DNA of 64,000 bases from Alphaproteobacteria bacterium (lineage in GTDB: Bacteria > Pseudomonadota > Alphaproteobacteria > UBA828), in contig CAXXMU010000005.1 in NCBI GenBank assembly GCA_963667785.2, positions 1 to 64,000 of the forward strand, given 5' to 3'. Every line of letters starts with the position of its first letter. The stretch's first letter is position 1. The notes below the pieces were generated by a model. The model made no database searches and had not been told where the DNA came from. It saw only the letters and a list, made by a program, of their open reading frames with translations. The position numbers and the translations under genes are program-made. Positions 60,092 to 64,000 of this stretch are shown piece after piece.

Positions 60092-60226
60092 GTGAAGCGG
60101 ACCTACCAGCCGAGCAACATCGTGCGCAAGCGGCGTCACGGCTTCAGGCAGCGCATGAAGTCGGTCGCCGGCCGGCGCGTGCTCGCGCGCAGGCGCGCCA
60201 AGGGGCGGAAGCGGCTCGCCCTCTAA
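60092..60226 (+). CDS. rpmH: 50S ribosomal protein L34 (absent from ORF track)
   Basis: [44 protein letters not shown]. Confidence 0.97.
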   Translation: MKRTYQPSNIVRKRRHGFRQRMKSVAGRRVLARRRAKGRKRLAL

Positions 60227-60368
60227 CGCCGGCGCGGCCGCGCAGGCGCGCCACCTATCGTTTCCCCCGACTGTCGGCTGATCGCGCCAGAGGCGCGTGG
60301 ACATCACATCGCGCCAGAGGCGCGTGGAGGAAGGCGCGCCGAAGGTGCGCGGAGTTCGGGTGACGGCG

Positions 60369-60797
60369 ATGCGCATTGCCACGCTCAAGAAGCGACAGGA
60401 CTTCCTGCGGGTGCGGGCGGCGGGGCGCAAGTGGGCGGCGCCGGGGATGGTCCTGCAGGCGGCGCCGGCGCCCGAGGCCGAGGCCAAGAGCGACCAGGTG
60501 CGGGTCGGCTACACGGCGAGCCGGCGCATCGGCAACGCGGTCGCCCGCAACCGCGCCAAGCGCCGATTGCGCGCGGCGGTGGCCCATGTTATGCCGGCCT
60601 CGGCGCAGTGTGGCAGCGACTATGTCGTCATCGCGCGCGCCGCCACGCTGACCCGCCCGTTCGACGCGCTGATCGGCGACCTGTCCGCGGCGCTCGCGCG
60701 CGTCGGCGCGCGGGCGGACAATCGAGCGGCGGAGGGGAGGCGGCAGGCCGCCGCAGACCGTCCGCACGCAGCGGGCCCGAAAGCGGGAGACGCATGA
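60369..60797 (+). CDS. rnpA: Ribonuclease P protein component
   Basis: [30 protein letters not shown]; start uncertain. Confidence 0.93.
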   Translation: MRIATLKKRQDFLRVRAAGRKWAAPGMVLQAAPAPEAEAKSDQVRVGYTASRRIGNAVARNRAKRRLRAAVAHVMPASAQCGSDYVVIARAATLTRPFDALIGDLSAALARVGARADNRAAEGRRQAAADRPHAAGPKAGDA

Positions 60798-61060
60798 AGC
60801 CGATAGCGGTACTGTTCGTGGGCCTGATCCGCGGATATCAGTATTTCCTCTCGCCCCTTCTGCCGCCGAGCTGCCGGTTCGAGCCGACCTGCTCACACTA
60901 CGCGGTCGACGCGCTCAGGCAGCACGGCGCGCTCGTGGGGCTGGCGCTCGCGACCTGGCGCATTCTCCGCTGCAACCCGTACTGCGCCGGCGGGGTCGAC
61001 CTCGTGCCCGAGCGACCGCTCCGCCTCTTCGGCGCCATGAGGGTCCGCGCCCCGCGCTGA
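60794..61060 (+). CDS. yidD: Membrane protein insertion efficiency factor
   Basis: YQYFLSP...[11 protein letters not shown]...RILRCNP. Confidence 0.95.
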   Translation: MKPIAVLFVGLIRGYQYFLSPLLPPSCRFEPTCSHYAVDALRQHGALVGLALATWRILRCNPYCAGGVDLVPERPLRLFGAMRVRAPR

Positions 61061-61080
61061 CAGGGGCGAGCGAGCGTCAC

Positions 61081-63768
61081 ATGTTCGGCAGCGGCCAAGA
61101 CAAGCGCAATCTCCTGATCGCGATCGGGGCGATCTTCGTCGTCCTGGTCGGCTGGCAGTTCCTCATGCCCGCGCTCTTCCCGCCGGACGAGCGGCCGAGG
61201 CGCGTCGTGGAGCAGACCGACCGCGCGCCCTCGCCGGCGGATCAGGCGGCGGCAGGCCCGGCGCCGGGCGTGGAGGCACCGGCCGAAGGGCTGGGCCAGG
61301 CCGGTATCGACAGCCCGCGGGTGACGATCGATTCGCCCAGGCTCAGCGGCTCGATCTCCCGGCTCGGCGGGCGCATCGATTCCGTCACGCTCCTCGACTA
61401 TCACGAGACCGCGGACGAGGAGAGCCCGAACATCGTGCTGCTCCAGCCGCGCGACGCCGTGCGCCCCTACTTCGCCGATTTCGGCTGGCTCACCGCGGCC
61501 GAGGGCATCGCGCTGCCGCAGCCCGATACCCTCTGGGCGGCCGACAGCGGGACGCTCTCGCCCGGCAAGCCGGTCACGCTGCGGTGGGACAACGGCGCCG
61601 GGCTCTCGTTCACCCGCAAGATCGAGATCGACGAGAACTTCGTCTTCACCGTCACCCAGTCGGTGCTCAACACCACCGGCGGCCCGCTCGCGCTCACGCC
61701 CTATTCGCTGGTCGCGCGCTTCAGCGACGCCACCGAGTCCATCCTGCCGTTCAAGCCGCTCTTCATCTTCCAGGACGGCGCCCTCGGCATCTTCGGCGAG
61801 GACTACCGGGACGCCGACTACGAGGAGATGCGCGACGCCTTCGACGCGGGCGAGGGCTACCGCTACGAGGCTACCGGCGGCTGGCTGGGGCTGACGGACA
61901 AGTACTGGCTGGTGGCGCTGATCCCCGACCAGGAGGTCGCCTTCAAGGGCAGCTTCGAGTACGTGCCGGTGGACGGCGGCAACGCCGATTCCTTCCAGAC
62001 CATCTACGAGGCGGAACCGCTCACCGTGAATCCGGGGCAGTCGGTCTCGCTCACCTCGCACCTCTTCGCCGGCGCCAAGGAGATCAGCCTCCTCGACGAC
62101 TACGAGGAGTCGCTGGGCGTGGACCGGCTGGACCTCTCGGTCGACTTCGGGCCGGCCTGGTTCCTGTCGAAGCCGTTGTTCTACGTCATCGACTTCTTCA
62201 ACCGGGCCACCGGCAACTTCGGCGTCGCCATCCTGCTGCTGACGATCTGCGTGCGCGTGCTGCTGTTCCCGCTCGCCAACAAGGCCTACGCGTCGATGAG
62301 CCGCATGCGCAAGCTGCAGCCCGAGATGATCCGCCTGCGCGAGCGCTACAAGGACGACAAGCAGCGGGCAAACACCGAGCTGATGAAGCTCTACCGCGAG
62401 CAGAAGGCCAATCCGGTCGCGGGCTGCCTGCCGCTGCTGGCGCAGATTCCGGTGTTCTTCGCCCTCTACTACATGCTGTTCGTCACCATCGAGATGCGGC
62501 ATGCGCCCTTCTTCGGCTGGATCCACGACCTGTCTGCGCCAGACCCGCTGACCTTCATCACCGCCTTCGGCTTCCTCGAGTGGCCGGCGCCGGAGTTCCT
62601 GCTGGTCGGTATCTGGCCGCTCATCTTCGGCGCGACCATGTGGCTGCAGATGAAGCTCAACCCGCAGCCGATGGAGCCGATCCAGCAGAAGATCCTGATG
62701 GCGCTGCCCATCATCTTCCTCTTTCTGTTCGCGCGCTTCCCGGCCGGGCTGGTGGTCTATTGGACCTGGAACAACGTGCTCTCGATCGGCCAGCAGTGGC
62801 TGATCATGCGGCGCATGGGCATCACCCGCCAAAGCCTCGCCGAGGACGCCGAGAAGATAAAGAAGATCAAGGAGGCGGCGGAGAAAGGCGAGCTGCTGAA
62901 GCCGAGCCGGTCGAGCCGCAAGAAGAGCACGCGCAGCGGGGCTGCCAAGGAAGGCGCGCGCCCCCGCGGCGAGGGCACAGCGCGGCGCGATGGCGACGCA
63001 CGGCGGGCCGGTGCCGCGCGCACCGGCAAGGCCCAGTCCCGGCCCAGCGACGCGCGGCGGGACGGAGGCGCGCGCGAGGATCGCCAGGCACGCCGCGACG
63101 GGCCTGCGCGCCGGGACGACGCGCCCCGCCGCAAGCCTGCCGCGGCGCAGGCGCCGGGTGGCGCGCAGAAGAGCCGCAGCAAGGACCCCGCCCGCAAGGG
63201 TCCCGCCCGCAAGCGCACTCCCCAGGCCGAGGAGGCACGCGGCGCCAAGCGGACGCGGTCCGCCCGGCCGGAGAAGACGCGGAGCGAGAGCGCAACGACG
63301 ACCGCCAAACAGGCCGCCGCCAAGCAGGCCGCCGCCGAGCGGGCGCGGCAGGCGCGGCGCAAGGCCATGGCCCGCAAGCAGCAGCGCAAGGCGGCGGCGA
63401 GCCGGCGCAAGCAGGCGCCCACCGCCGACCAGCCGACCAGCCTGATGGAGCGACTGAAGGTCGGTCTCGGCATACCGCCGTCGGAGGCCGAAATGGCCGC
63501 CAGGCGCAGGCCGGCACCCGCGTCCGAGGAAAAGCCCAGGAAGTCGCGCCGGCAGCGCAAGGCGGAGCGCGCCGCCGCCCGCGGCACCGACGCGAGCGAG
63601 GCCCCGGCCGAGAGCCGGGCGGATGCGCCGCCCGCCGATGCGGCGGCGGACGACGCGGGCGCACAGGAGACACCTCCGGGCACGCCCGGCGACGGCGGCG
63701 AATGGACGAGCCAGGACAGGCCGAGGCGGCGGCGGCAGAGAACGCGGAAGCGCGCGCGACGGCGATAG
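61081..63768 (+). CDS. yidC: Membrane protein insertase with very long basic C-terminal tail
   Basis: [53 protein letters not shown]. Confidence 0.95.
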   Translation: MFGSGQDKRNLLIAIGAIFVVLVGWQFLMPALFPPDERPRRVVEQTDRAPSPADQAAAGPAPGVEAPAEGLGQAGIDSPRVTIDSPRLSGSISRLGGRIDSVTLLDYHETADEESPNIVLLQPRDAVRPYFADFGWLTAAEGIALPQPDTLWAADSGTLSPGKPVTLRWDNGAGLSFTRKIEIDENFVFTVTQSVLNTTGGPLALTPYSLVARFSDATESILPFKPLFIFQDGALGIFGEDYRDADYEEMRDAFDAGEGYRYEATGGWLGLTDKYWLVALIPDQEVAFKGSFEYVPVDGGNADSFQTIYEAEPLTVNPGQSVSLTSHLFAGAKEISLLDDYEESLGVDRLDLSVDFGPAWFLSKPLFYVIDFFNRATGNFGVAILLLTICVRVLLFPLANKAYASMSRMRKLQPEMIRLRERYKDDKQRANTELMKLYREQKANPVAGCLPLLAQIPVFFALYYMLFVTIEMRHAPFFGWIHDLSAPDPLTFITAFGFLEWPAPEFLLVGIWPLIFGATMWLQMKLNPQPMEPIQQKILMALPIIFLFLFARFPAGLVVYWTWNNVLSIGQQWLIMRRMGITRQSLAEDAEKIKKIKEAAEKGELLKPSRSSRKKSTRSGAAKEGARPRGEGTARRDGDARRAGAARTGKAQSRPSDARRDGGAREDRQARRDGPARRDDAPRRKPAAAQAPGGAQKSRSKDPARKGPARKRTPQAEEARGAKRTRSARPEKTRSESATTTAKQAAAKQAAAERARQARRKAMARKQQRKAAASRRKQAPTADQPTSLMERLKVGLGIPPSEAEMAARRRPAPASEEKPRKSRRQRKAERAAARGTDASEAPAESRADAPPADAAADDAGAQETPPGTPGDGGEWTSQDRPRRRRQRTRKRARRR

Positions 63769-64000
63769 AGGAGGGCCGCCGGCTGTTCGCCAGGCCCTGC
63801 CGCTTCGTCGCGGGCGCCGCCGGGCCGGAGGCGCTGCCCGCGCCCGGGCTGCCCGAGATCGCCTTCGCCGGCCGCTCCAACGTCGGCAAGTCGAGCCTCG
63901 TCAACGCGCTCACCGGCCGGCGCGCGCTCGCCCGCACCTCCAACACGCCGGGGCGCACGCGGGAGCTCAACTTCTTCGAGCTGGACGGGCGCCTGATGCT
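63702..64000 (+). CDS. engB: Ribosome biogenesis GTPase YihA/EngB (cut by window end)
   Basis: [35 protein letters not shown]. Confidence 0.93.
   Translation, partial: MDEPGQAEAAAAENAEARATAIEEGRRLFARPCRFVAGAAGPEALPAPGLPEIAFAGRSNVGKSSLVNALTGRRALARTSNTPGRTRELNFFELDGRLM

Noticed and set aside
60281-60327. 20-bp direct repeat atcgcgccagaggcgcgtgg between rpmH and rnpA
   Set aside because: Two copies only; most simply a local slippage duplication

Overview
High-GC alphaproteobacterial DNA; the Rhodospirillales-like assignment is inferred from gene content. Four blocks. (1) 1-17329: right part of a Mu-like transposable prophage (terminase, portal, MuF, protease, capsid, neck, P2-type baseplate, PAAR, fibre). 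It ends in a probable transposon end with three ~22-bp repeats and a terminal ACA. No sheath, tube, tape-measure or hub gene lies between capsid and end, yet baseplate J carries a sheath-like domain. (2) 17.3-25.2 kb: minus-strand accessory island with a Slam/type 11 secretion (T11SS) translocon, two TbpB-barrel lipoproteins (one a metzincin protease, one on a coiled-coil stalk), two reversed HicB/HicA-like pairs, a C4-like structured RNA candidate and nested MITE-like repeats. (3) 25.2-34.9 kb: lambdoid prophage remnant (rep with iterons, DnaB, two Cro-like genes, short repressor with four operators, ERF/SSB/YqaJ, HNH, Xis, tyrosine integrase) with no structural genes. (4) 35.2-64 kb: host core genes phoR-pstCAB-phoU-phoB (Pho boxes, no pstS), mutS, a 1122-aa M8-like protease lipoprotein with three TbpB-like barrels, a coxMSL-like molybdoenzyme, glyQS, ppdK, ygfZ, nudC, rpmH-rnpA-yidD-yidC-engB. 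YidC has a ~315-aa basic tail. All family calls come from motif recognition by eye; no searches were run.
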